From: Alphaproteobacteria bacterium
GTDB lineage: Bacteria > Pseudomonadota > Alphaproteobacteria > RF32 > CAG-239
Assembly (NCBI GenBank): GCA_045632645.1
Contig: JAZQXC010000003.1
Location: forward strand, 2,033 to 66,032
Direction of reading: 5' to 3'
Length of the DNA: 64,000 bases
Shown here: positions 1-8,256 of the stretch, piece by piece
Layout of the letters: every line of letters starts with the position of its first letter
Numbering within the stretch: the stretch's first letter is position 1
The notes under the pieces: generated by a model
Database searches by the model: none
The model's input: only the letters and a program-made list of their open reading frames with translations
What the model was told of the DNA's origin: nothing
Translations under genes and position numbers: made by a program

Positions 1-311
1 TGGTCGGCAAAATACATTTGTTTCCCATCAATTTTGCTTGTATTAACAGATTGAGATATTTTATATGAATATTTTTCAAAATCATTAGCTAATGTTTCTA
101 TCATTGTATCTGATAAATCTCCGGTGGAAGTAACATAAGCTTGTAACATATTACCAAAATGCTCAAAATTGCTGGAAGCTTTGGATAAGGATGGCGAATT
201 ATTCAACATTTTTTTTACTACCGGATTATTAAATGCTCTTTCAAAATATCCAGCAATATCATCTAAGCTGAGTTTTTTTATTTCATACATACCACAAACT
301 ATTTTTTCCAT
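1..311 (-). CDS. hypothetical protein, 5' portion; the ORF runs off the left window edge
   Basis: ATG on the minus strand at 311-309 with an open frame to position 1 (>100 codons, MEKIVCGMYEIKKLSLDD...). Absent from the ORF track, presumably because no stop lies in the window. Confidence 0.35.
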   Translation of the reverse strand, partial: MEKIVCGMYEIKKLSLDDIAGYFERAFNNPVVKKMLNNSPSLSKASSNFEHFGNMLQAYVTSTGDLSDTMIETLANDFEKYSYKISQSVNTSKIDGKQMYFAD

Positions 312-710
312 ATTTTGCCTTCATGCTCATTTGTTTATATGATTATACAACATCTTAGAATAATTTGCAATATTTTTAATAGTTAAACATCATAATTTTA
401 ACAGTACGCAGGTGATAACTTTTTTATTGTAAAAATCAAATATTTTTATGTCTAATTTTCGGGGAATATTGTTTTCTGATTTTTTACCATTCTTAAAAAA
501 CACAAAACTAAAATTAAGACATAGGTAGAGATAGACTCTTGGTGTTATTTGGTTATTTTTATTCATCTTATAGAGTTTTTGTGGTTTGTCAAGGTTAATG
601 TATTGAAAATAATGAAAAATATAGGTTGATTTGTTGTTTGTGGAATAGTAACTTCTTTTTGGAAACCTTATTATTTCACCTTATTATTAACCATTTAAAA
701 CTTTAACATT

Positions 711-860
711 ATGCTTACCTCATTTTTGGTTGCTTTAGCTGTTGATGCGGCGACTTTGGGTGTAGTTGTGCTTCTTTCTGATGGGAAAGACCATTCTGAT
801 GGCAAGGTTGCTAACAATCCTTTCTCTGAATGGGAGTTTAATCAGCCATACAATCCTTAG
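711..860 (+). CDS. small hypothetical hydrophobic peptide (49 aa)
   Basis: ATG at 711, stop at 858-860. MLTSFLVALAVDAATLGVVVLL... has a hydrophobic N-terminus. Not in the track. A hairpin terminator lies ~80 nt downstream. Confidence 0.2.
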   Translation: MLTSFLVALAVDAATLGVVVLLSDGKDHSDGKVANNPFSEWEFNQPYNP

Positions 861-940
861 TGATTTTTCTGGTATGCCATTGTTTTGTATTCTAATCCTC
901 AACCCTATTTAATTAGGCTTTGATGGTTGTGTTTGTGGGG

Positions 941-971
941 GCTGATACTATAAAAGTATCAGCCTTTTTTT
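941..971 (+). terminator. rho-independent terminator (9-bp stem GCTGATACT/AGTATCAGC plus T-run)
   Basis: Perfect inverted repeat followed by CTTTTTTT. Confidence 0.55.
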
Positions 972-1065
972 ATGTTTGTATTATTTTTGGTGGTGGTAAA
1001 TTTTGATTGACAACAGCATATTTATTTATAGTATGTGGGTGTTCAACTATTAATATTATATATTT

Positions 1066-1488
1066 ATGAAAGAGTCTTTTGTTTTGATTCCATCAAAAAA
1101 GATTTGTGATGGAGGTCAGTTTAGAGAGTACAGAAAGTTTGTGAAAGCGCAAGCTTCTGGCCAAGATGCTGAAGTTATCAATGTGTGGGCGTTTAATTGT
1201 GACAAAAAAGAAGAAATTGTAGATGTGCTTGCTTCACTTAAATTTTATTACTTTTTTGCTGCGGAGTTTGATGAGAGGAATTTTTCGAACGCTGTAATCG
1301 TTGCTAATTGTCATGCAACCATTTTATCATCGCCTGATGGCTGTAATGTAACTCCTTTGGTCCGTGATATCTTAAGAGGATATGGCATTAATGTTGATGT
1401 GCAGAGTTGCTTTTATATTCCGGTTGATCAGGAAGCTTGGGGTGCTACAGCATTTTTGATTAAAGAGTTTATGACAGCAAAACGTTAA
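1066..1488 (+). CDS. hypothetical protein, member of a local paralog pair (copy A)
   Basis: 140-aa ORF. Motifs SFVLIPSKKICDGG and NCDKKEEIVDVLASL are mirrored in the convergent ORF 1606-2025. Sigma70-like promoter (TTGACA...TATAGT) upstream. Confidence 0.55.
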   Translation: MKESFVLIPSKKICDGGQFREYRKFVKAQASGQDAEVINVWAFNCDKKEEIVDVLASLKFYYFFAAEFDERNFSNAVIVANCHATILSSPDGCNVTPLVRDILRGYGINVDVQSCFYIPVDQEAWGATAFLIKEFMTAKR

Positions 1489-1571
1489 TAGCTCTATTAA
1501 CACCTCGAAAATAGTCTTATTTTAGATTATTTTGGGGTGTTTTTTTATTTTGCATAAATGAATTAAAAAAT

Positions 1572-1607
1572 ACCTCCTAGTTTTGATACTAGGAGGTTTT
1601 AATTTTT
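1572..1607. terminator. bidirectional terminator between the convergent paralogs (10-bp perfect stem ACCTCCTAGT/ACTAGGAGGT)
   Basis: A-run upstream, T-run downstream, perfect 10-bp inverted repeat with 6-nt loop. Confidence 0.65.
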
Positions 1608-2025
1608 ATCCGTTAAAAGTTTCATTTTGGTACTCGATATAACTATCGTAGTTGGAGGTTATACATAGCATATCCTCAATAGGGGCTGAAACTTTACACA
1701 AATTTTGAATTTGCTCATAGAAGTCATCTGTTCGTTTTTGACCACTAGGATTTAGCGCTAGTTGTCCAAAGCACCAGATTGCCCATTTGGCAATGTTGTG
1801 ATTTTGTTCAGTTGGTTCCTTTGCTACTATATCTGAGTAGTCGAGGGCAAGCTTTGTAATTAAATATTTAATCTCGTCCTTTTTTTCGCAACCAACACTC
1901 ATCACAACAATTTCTTCTGTTGTGTTGTCGTTTATTGTTTGTTTGAGCTCGTTTAGAATGTGATAGTAACAACCATTATCCTTCAATTCTTTAGAAGGGA
2001 TAAAAACAAATGATAATAATTTCAT
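1606..2025 (-). CDS. hypothetical protein, paralog copy B of 1066-1488
   Basis: 139 aa. SFVFIPSKELKDNG and GCEKKDEIKYLITKL align with copy A (roughly one third identical by eye). Confidence 0.55.
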   Translation of the reverse strand: MKLLSFVFIPSKELKDNGCYYHILNELKQTINDNTTEEIVVMSVGCEKKDEIKYLITKLALDYSDIVAKEPTEQNHNIAKWAIWCFGQLALNPSGQKRTDDFYEQIQNLCKVSAPIEDMLCITSNYDSYIEYQNETFNG

Positions 2026-2154
2026 AGCTTATAGGGTATATATTTATAATTAGTTTTATAATTAACAAAAAAATATCATTTCATGTGGAATGATATATTG
2101 GTTTTAATATAAGTCAAGCGGTTTTTATTTGAGGTAAAAAGATGGCTAAAAAGA

Positions 2155-2183
2155 TTGACTGAGATGTATTTTTATGGTATAAT
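2155..2183 (+). promoter_or_regulatory. near-consensus sigma70 promoter (TTGACT-N17-TATAAT)
   Basis: Read directly: ttgact gagatgtatttttatgg tataat, 33 nt upstream of the ATG at 2216. Confidence 0.5.
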
Positions 2184-2215
2184 TTCTGTATATGTTGTAT
2201 AAAGGGGGGATTACT

Positions 2216-3748
2216 ATGGGGTGGTTAAATGATAAATTATGTAAATGGGCGATAAAAAGACAGATTAAGAAAATTTCATCTTCTAATTGCAATGAAGATA
2301 CGCTTTCTCAAAGTTATTCGGTTTTGATGAATTATGCAAATAAATATTCGGATAATGAAGAGATATTGTCTGAAGTATATGAAGCATTAGATATTTGTTT
2401 TAAAAGTCCTAAAAATAATAATGACACGTATGATCAGGCTTTATATTTGGTTTCTACTTGTCTTCAAGATAATCCAAAATTTACGCCCTATGTGGCTGAT
2501 GTATATAAAAGAGTGAGCAATGATTATGGTGATACAAATCTTGTATCGTATTTATGCAATTTTTATGATAAATATCCTGAACAAGCCTCTACTGTTGCTA
2601 AATGTATTAAAAATGTATCTGAAAATAATGTAGGTAGCGAAGCATTTTCTAGTGCTAGTATTGGTTTATTGTCCCATATTTCTGATTCTTCTGATATATC
2701 AAATAAATTAAAAGCTTTAGATGCTATGTATGTGGTTGTTGCTAAAGAGGAAAAGGAAAATAAAGGAATTGTGAGTTCTGATAATAATGCACTTCAAATG
2801 AAAGGAGATAGTGTTTCAGCTGTAATTAGTAATGCGCTTAAAGCGGATGATAGTTGCATTTCAGAAGCAATTTGTAGTATTAATGGGATGGATTTAAGTT
2901 CTCCTGAGGTGGCACGTAAAGCACTCGATATTGTTGAAATTGGTTTAGGTAATAAAAATGAAATGACTTTTAATCTTACAATACAGGTGTTAAATAAGAT
3001 AATTGATAAGCATCCTGATTTAGCTAAAGATGTATTTGATGTAGTAAAATCTAGATATGATGAAAATAGATATAATTATGCATCTAATGGTATGTCATCG
3101 GTTTTAATGTCTGTTGGAATGGCTGATAGTTCATTAGCTAAAGAAGTATCTGAAATGGAAAAGGAGCTTCATCCTCGGTGTCCAAATTTTCAATTTGAGG
3201 AAGTTGGTGATGAAATGCTATGTAAGAGTTTTGTTTATAATAAAGATAATTCTTTGCTTAGTACATCATATTGGAAAGATGGGGAGCTTCATGGTCCGTC
3301 TATGTTATATTATGATAATAAGCTTAAGATGGTTGAAAATTATAAAAAAGGAAAAAAAGATGGACTTGAGGTATGTTATAGTGAGGATAATAAAGTTTCC
3401 GGTATAGCGGTTTATAGTAATGATAAGATAACTAATTGGGGGATTGATAGTATTATTACTTCTCAGCCAATTAACGAATTGAATAATGGTTCTTTTTTAC
3501 AAATGCATGAAGGTGGATTTGGGTGTATTTATTCTGATGGAACCCTTATTAATGTAGATGTAAAAAATAAAGCTATTATAATGTTTGAAAAAAATGGTGT
3601 ATCTCATAAATTTTCAGGGCAAGCGGCCTATAATATGATTGAAAAAATCTCTTCTTGTAGCAGTAATGAAGAACGGGTAGATATATTGCATGTATCATGT
3701 CAAAAAATGTTGGATAAACAGTCTATTGTTAAAGATTATGAAAGATGA
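2216..3748 (+). CDS. MORN-repeat (YwqK-family-like) protein with a long helical N-terminal region
   Basis: The C-terminal third carries repeated G-x-x-x-Y-Y/W..NG...G motifs (YWKDGELHGPSMLYYDNKLKMVENYKKGKKDGLEVCY...). Start chosen at the ATG preceded by GGGGGGATTACT. The track ORF begins 24 nt earlier. Confidence 0.6.
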   Translation: MGWLNDKLCKWAIKRQIKKISSSNCNEDTLSQSYSVLMNYANKYSDNEEILSEVYEALDICFKSPKNNNDTYDQALYLVSTCLQDNPKFTPYVADVYKRVSNDYGDTNLVSYLCNFYDKYPEQASTVAKCIKNVSENNVGSEAFSSASIGLLSHISDSSDISNKLKALDAMYVVVAKEEKENKGIVSSDNNALQMKGDSVSAVISNALKADDSCISEAICSINGMDLSSPEVARKALDIVEIGLGNKNEMTFNLTIQVLNKIIDKHPDLAKDVFDVVKSRYDENRYNYASNGMSSVLMSVGMADSSLAKEVSEMEKELHPRCPNFQFEEVGDEMLCKSFVYNKDNSLLSTSYWKDGELHGPSMLYYDNKLKMVENYKKGKKDGLEVCYSEDNKVSGIAVYSNDKITNWGIDSIITSQPINELNNGSFLQMHEGGFGCIYSDGTLINVDVKNKAIIMFEKNGVSHKFSGQAAYNMIEKISSCSSNEERVDILHVSCQKMLDKQSIVKDYER

Positions 3749-3824
3749 TAAAAAATCAAGATAACGATGTATTGGTTTTAGTATATGTTAAAAATTTTTG
3801 ATTTAAGATAGAGGAGGGATTACT

Positions 3825-5810
3825 ATGGTTGATACGCTTAAAGAAGATAAGACCGCAGGTAGCAGTGAAACAAAGAAGAGAGTTCGTCGTAATGTATACG
3901 TGAGGATAGAAAATGGGCATGTTTATCGTGATGTATATGCTGAAAGAATGAATAGAGGCTCAGCAAGATCCCCTGAAATTATGGTAGATTATCAAATTGA
4001 TACGTTAAGTAATAATAGTGGATATGGTGAATATGCTGGATATTATACTCCTAGTAGAAATAGTATTACGATTAATCATGTTGAAGGTGATGAAGATTTT
4101 AATGAACATAGTCAAAGTAATGGGGTGTTGATACATGAACAAAAACACAGAGATAATCAGAATGCTGGTATGTTCGCATATGCGGTATCTGTTGAACAGG
4201 CTTATAAGCTTTGTATGCATGATGAAATTTCTGCTAATATGGCTGAATTAATTTATTTGCGTGATGAATATTTAAAAACTAAAGATTTATCGGTTTTTGA
4301 TTATGATGGGGGATGTTTTAGTTTTTATGTGGATGCGATTAAGAATGGAGAAATAGATCCTTTTAGTGATTCTAAAGAAGATTTTGATAAAGAAATGGCT
4401 CTGATTGTTAATGGAACTCGTGATATGTGGGTTAGAACATATGCTGAATGGTATAGTAGTATTCATGTTAATACTGGAATGTATTATGGTGAAGAAGATG
4501 GTAAACATGCTGAATTTTATGATGAAAACTATGATAGAGCTATGAAAATTGCATATAATATCGGTGGGGTAGATTTTACTCAATATATAGATATATTTGG
4601 AGATGTAAAGGTTCCTTTTACTTCAGTAGATGAAGTTTTAACAGGTGATAGATTAATAGAGGAGATGTCTTTACCTAAATATGATGGTAGTATGAGTTTG
4701 CTTCAATATCAAAAACTTTTGCAACATGCGGATGTTACACCTTTTATGTCTTTCTTGCGTGATCCGATTGTTATTGATGAAAATAAAACAAAAAATGATT
4801 TGGATAATTTGGAGGCAAAAGATGTTGATAGCATACTAGGAGCTGATGATAGAAAAAGTTATATGTATGATAGGGGATTTTATGATGATCAAATGAAAAA
4901 CAGTGAAATGCATTATGATTTTATTGATAAAATAATTATTGATATTGCAAAAGATTATGAGAGAAGAGGGGAAAAACTACCCAAAGATAATGATGAGGCG
5001 TATAATGAAGCAGTTGATAAATTATATAATATAACACTTAGTTTAGATCCAGAATATAAATATACGAGAATAATAAACATAAGAGAAGTATTAAACCCTA
5101 ATGATGAAGTGCCGATGACAGAATTACCTAAAGAAGCGCAAGAAATTCAAGAAAAATTAGAAAATACAGCGTATCGTGTTATGATGAAGTTTAATCCTAA
5201 AAATAATGTTAAGAGCGATGAGAATAATCCTGTAAGGCCTGTAAAAGAGGATAATACACCAGAGTATCGTGAGTGGAGTGAAAGTAGCAGAGTTTCTGAT
5301 GTGCGATATGCTGAATTATTAAATTTAACAGCAGATGTTATTGAGAAACCATTGGATAAACCTGATGAGCTTAGCGGTAGAGTTAGTTTGGGTGATGAAG
5401 AAAATATCAATGGTTGCCCAGATGAAATTAGTGGAAGAAGGCCTAGAGAAAATGGTGTGCCTAGAATACAGAGAGATGTTTTTGATACACCTCGGGTGAC
5501 ACCACGAGGTATTCAAGTTGAAGACGAACGCAGATATAATGAATTTGTAACAGGGGGAGAAACATCAATAATTGATAGAGAAGCCCTAAGAGAAGATATG
5601 CAAACTACAGCGAGAGAAAAGGATAAAAGGATTAAGGTTGTTGAAGGAATGGATCGAGTTAGCGCATCTAATAATAAATCATCTGTTTTGCCTCAAGGGA
5701 ATGATGATGCAAGTAAGACATCTAGTGATGCAGTTGGATATTTGTGTAATAATGATGAGAAAAAAACAAGTGAAGTTGATTCTGCTGTATTATGTGGAAG
5801 AGATAGGTAG
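3825..5810 (+). CDS. large hypothetical protein with an HExxH motif (possible zincin-like metallopeptidase) and a charged, low-complexity C-terminus
   Basis: 661 aa. VLIHEQKHRDNQ (HExxH) near residue 120. The C-terminal ~200 aa is rich in R/E/D/P. No signal peptide. The initiation context GGAGGGATTACTATGG is shared with the upstream gene. Confidence 0.6.
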   Translation: MVDTLKEDKTAGSSETKKRVRRNVYVRIENGHVYRDVYAERMNRGSARSPEIMVDYQIDTLSNNSGYGEYAGYYTPSRNSITINHVEGDEDFNEHSQSNGVLIHEQKHRDNQNAGMFAYAVSVEQAYKLCMHDEISANMAELIYLRDEYLKTKDLSVFDYDGGCFSFYVDAIKNGEIDPFSDSKEDFDKEMALIVNGTRDMWVRTYAEWYSSIHVNTGMYYGEEDGKHAEFYDENYDRAMKIAYNIGGVDFTQYIDIFGDVKVPFTSVDEVLTGDRLIEEMSLPKYDGSMSLLQYQKLLQHADVTPFMSFLRDPIVIDENKTKNDLDNLEAKDVDSILGADDRKSYMYDRGFYDDQMKNSEMHYDFIDKIIIDIAKDYERRGEKLPKDNDEAYNEAVDKLYNITLSLDPEYKYTRIINIREVLNPNDEVPMTELPKEAQEIQEKLENTAYRVMMKFNPKNNVKSDENNPVRPVKEDNTPEYREWSESSRVSDVRYAELLNLTADVIEKPLDKPDELSGRVSLGDEENINGCPDEISGRRPRENGVPRIQRDVFDTPRVTPRGIQVEDERRYNEFVTGGETSIIDREALREDMQTTAREKDKRIKVVEGMDRVSASNNKSSVLPQGNDDASKTSSDAVGYLCNNDEKKTSEVDSAVLCGRDR

Positions 5811-5881
5811 TATTTATTAGTTTGATTTATTTATTTTTATTTCTAATAAGAATTGGCAGTATCGAATAAAAGTGAATGATA

Positions 5882-5906
5882 AAACCCTAGATTTCTCTAG
5901 GGTTTG
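5882..5906 (-). terminator. hairpin plus T-run downstream of the tRNA (minus-strand sense)
   Basis: AAACCCTAGA/TCTAGGGTTT stem. The minus strand reads hairpin then TTTTAT. Confidence 0.5.
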
Positions 5907-5910
5907 AAGG

Positions 5911-5986
5911 TGGTGCCGATTACGTGACTCGAACACGTGACCTGCCCATTACGAATGGGATGCTCTACCAGCTGAGCTAAATCGGC
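5911..5986 (-). tRNA. tRNA-Thr (anticodon CGU), CCA encoded
   Basis: Reverse complement gives GCCGATTTAGCTCAGCTGGTAGAGCATCCCATTCGTAATGGGCAGGTCACGTGTTCGAGTCACGTAATCGGCACCA. It has a 7-bp acceptor stem, GTTCGAGTC T-arm and anticodon loop TTCGTAA. Confidence 0.9.
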
Positions 5987-6053
5987 ATTGTGTTGTTTTT
6001 TAGCAGTTTGTGTTTTATTTTGCAAGATGTTTTTTATTTATTTGCTTTTGTGT

Positions 6054-6422
6054 TTAAAGTTGATCATTTTTTAATTTTGTATATCTTGCTCTGAGTGTAT
6101 CGCTGTATTCTTCTCCAGCTTGATGATAGCCAACATACATTGATAGTGAGAGCAACCATACAAATAAGATTATAGCCATTGTATGGATGCATGTGTAGAA
6201 TGTTTCAAGAAAATCTATTTTTTTATGATGCTTTGTGTATTTTACATTAAATATTGCAACATATATAAATGAGCCAATAAATAGGTTGCGATAGGTGTTT
6301 AATGAAAAAAATATGTTATATATATTTCCTTCGGTTTCATAATTGAGTGTAAATATAGTTAATATTATACCAATCCAGAATAGGGGGTTTCCTATTATAT
6401 TTTTTAATAGTAATTCTTTCAT
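6054..6422 (-). CDS. hypothetical small membrane protein (3-4 TM segments)
   Basis: 122-aa ORF with hydrophobic segments (FWIGIILTIFTL, IGSFIYVAIFNV, AIILFVWLLSLSMYV). Confidence 0.45.
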   Translation of the reverse strand: MKELLLKNIIGNPLFWIGIILTIFTLNYETEGNIYNIFFSLNTYRNLFIGSFIYVAIFNVKYTKHHKKIDFLETFYTCIHTMAIILFVWLLSLSMYVGYHQAGEEYSDTLRARYTKLKNDQL

Positions 6423-6524
6423 TTTTCCTCACAATTTGAGTAAAGTATAGTCTTTAATGGTAAAAAAATACTTTACATATCTTAATTTTAATTATAAAAT
6501 GAGCATAAATTTTGGAGGTTTAAT

Positions 6525-6962
6525 ATGTTTTATCCGAATAGAGAATTTGTTAGTACTTTGAGTGAGGCTGAAAAGTTTATTTTTTTAAAAGTTATTTGTG
6601 GTATGGTGGCAAGTGATAGGCGTGTTAGTAAAAATGAGATTAGATATTTAAGAGAACTAGCTGTACAGTATGGGGTTAGTGCTGATAGTATTTCTGCTAT
6701 GGTTAAATCTTCTGATACTAAGGCTTTGTTGAAGCAAGCTAGAATGATTACAGATAGAAAAAAAGCGCTTACCTTGATTAAAGATTTATGTATGGTTGCA
6801 AATAATGATATTGAACTCGAAGATAAAGAAATTGACTATATTTTAGATGTGGCTGATATTGTTGGGATTGATCCGATTAGGGTTAAAGATATTAATGTTG
6901 TAGTTAGTTCATATTTAGATTGCGAGAAAAATATGAGAAAATTGTTGGAATTGGAAGATTAA
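6525..6962 (+). CDS. TerB-like (tellurite-resistance TerB / DjlA N-terminal domain family) protein
   Basis: 145 aa. Pattern resembles the TerB family: paired helical segments with conserved D/E residues (KNEIRYLRELA ... DKEIDYILDVADI). Confidence 0.5.
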   Translation: MFYPNREFVSTLSEAEKFIFLKVICGMVASDRRVSKNEIRYLRELAVQYGVSADSISAMVKSSDTKALLKQARMITDRKKALTLIKDLCMVANNDIELEDKEIDYILDVADIVGIDPIRVKDINVVVSSYLDCEKNMRKLLELED

Positions 6963-6988
6963 AGTTTAAAGTGAGGTTTAAAGAGCAA

Positions 6989-7717
6989 ATGGCTGAAAGA
7001 ATTGCAAAATTTTTAGCAAGGTGTGGGGTCGCTTCTAGAAGAGAAGCTGAAAATCTTATTAAGCAGGGACGTATTGTTGTTAATGGTGAAGAAGTGTTAT
7101 CTCCTGCTTTTTTAGTTGAAGGTGACGAAGTTATTTTGTTTGATGGTGAGAAAGTTAAGCAAAAAGACAAAACAAGGCTTTGGGTTTATTATAAACCAGT
7201 TGGGCTTGTTACATCGCATAAAGATGAAAAAAATAGAGAGACTGTTTTTAATAATTTACCAGCGGGGCTTCCTCGTGTGATTAGTGTTGGTAGGCTTGAT
7301 CTTAATTCTGAAGGACTTTTGCTATTGACTAATGATGGGGAGCTTTCTCGTCAATTGGAAATGCCTCAAAATGCATGGAGTAGGCGTTATAGAGTTAAAG
7401 TACATGGCTTTTTAAATGAAAAACGTCTTAAAGAAATTGAAAAAGGTGTTATGATTGATGGTGTTCAATATGCACCTTGTAAGGTTGTTGTTGATTCTAA
7501 GCAAGCAACTAATGCTTGGTTAACAATTAGCCTTAATGAGGGGAAAAATCGCGAAATTAGGAAGTTGATGGCGTTTATTGATTTAGATGTGGCTAGACTT
7601 ATTAGAGTTGCTTATGGACCTTTTCAATTAGGTAATTTGAAACCAGGGGAGGTACGTGAAGTACCCCAAAAAGTGCTTAAAGAACAATTAGGAAAGAACG
7701 TTGTGTTATGCGAATAA
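6989..7717 (+). CDS. rRNA pseudouridine synthase (RsuA/RluB family, S4 domain plus catalytic domain)
   Basis: MAERIAKFLARCGVASRREAENLI (S4) and GRLDLNSEGLLLLTNDGEL catalytic motif. Start moved to the ATG at 6989 to avoid overlap with the upstream gene. Confidence 0.85.
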   Translation: MAERIAKFLARCGVASRREAENLIKQGRIVVNGEEVLSPAFLVEGDEVILFDGEKVKQKDKTRLWVYYKPVGLVTSHKDEKNRETVFNNLPAGLPRVISVGRLDLNSEGLLLLTNDGELSRQLEMPQNAWSRRYRVKVHGFLNEKRLKEIEKGVMIDGVQYAPCKVVVDSKQATNAWLTISLNEGKNREIRKLMAFIDLDVARLIRVAYGPFQLGNLKPGEVREVPQKVLKEQLGKNVVLCE

Positions 7718-8256
7718 TCTCTGGCTGTTATAAAGGAAAAAAACTTTTTACTCCTAGCGATGATAGAATTAGACCGACATCTGATAGGGCGCGTGAGGCT
7801 ATTTTTAATATTTTATTTTCTTCCTTAGATAGACCTTTTAGTGAATGTAGAGTTTTAGATGTATTCTCAGGTTCAGGTGCGCTTGGAATAGAGGCTATAT
7901 CTCGTGGTGCTATTGAAGCTTTGTTTGTTGATATTGATTTAAGCTTAACAAAAAAGAATGTTTTAAATGTTGGGGCGAAAAATGTTAGTTTTATTGAGCG
8001 TGATGCGAGAAAGCTACCAACATCTTTGAAAAAATTTGATTTAGTTTTTATGGATGCACCTTATAACAAGGGGTTATCAGAACCATCGCTTAGTAATTTA
8101 CTTGAAAAAGGATACTTAAGCGCTGATGCGATACTTGTTGTGGAAGTTGCGCGTGATGAAGAGCTCGTTTTAAGCGATGAGTTTAGGGTTTTAGATACTA
8201 GAATTTATGGCGCTTGTAAGATTTTGATTTTATCAATTAATCATGGCGAAGCTTAA
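7708..8256 (+). CDS. rsmD: 16S rRNA (guanine966-N2)-methyltransferase RsmD
   Basis: IISGCYKGKKLFTPSDDRIRPTSDRAREAIFNIL ... DVFSGSGALGIEAISRGA ... DAPY. Canonical RsmD motifs. Confidence 0.8.
   Translation: MRIISGCYKGKKLFTPSDDRIRPTSDRAREAIFNILFSSLDRPFSECRVLDVFSGSGALGIEAISRGAIEALFVDIDLSLTKKNVLNVGAKNVSFIERDARKLPTSLKKFDLVFMDAPYNKGLSEPSLSNLLEKGYLSADAILVVEVARDEELVLSDEFRVLDTRIYGACKILILSINHGEA

Noticed and set aside
6920-6988. Upstream ATG start (6920) for the pseudouridine synthase
   Set aside because: It would overlap the last 14 codons of the TerB-like gene and adds a non-conserved 23-aa extension. The ATG at 6989 begins the conserved S4 domain.
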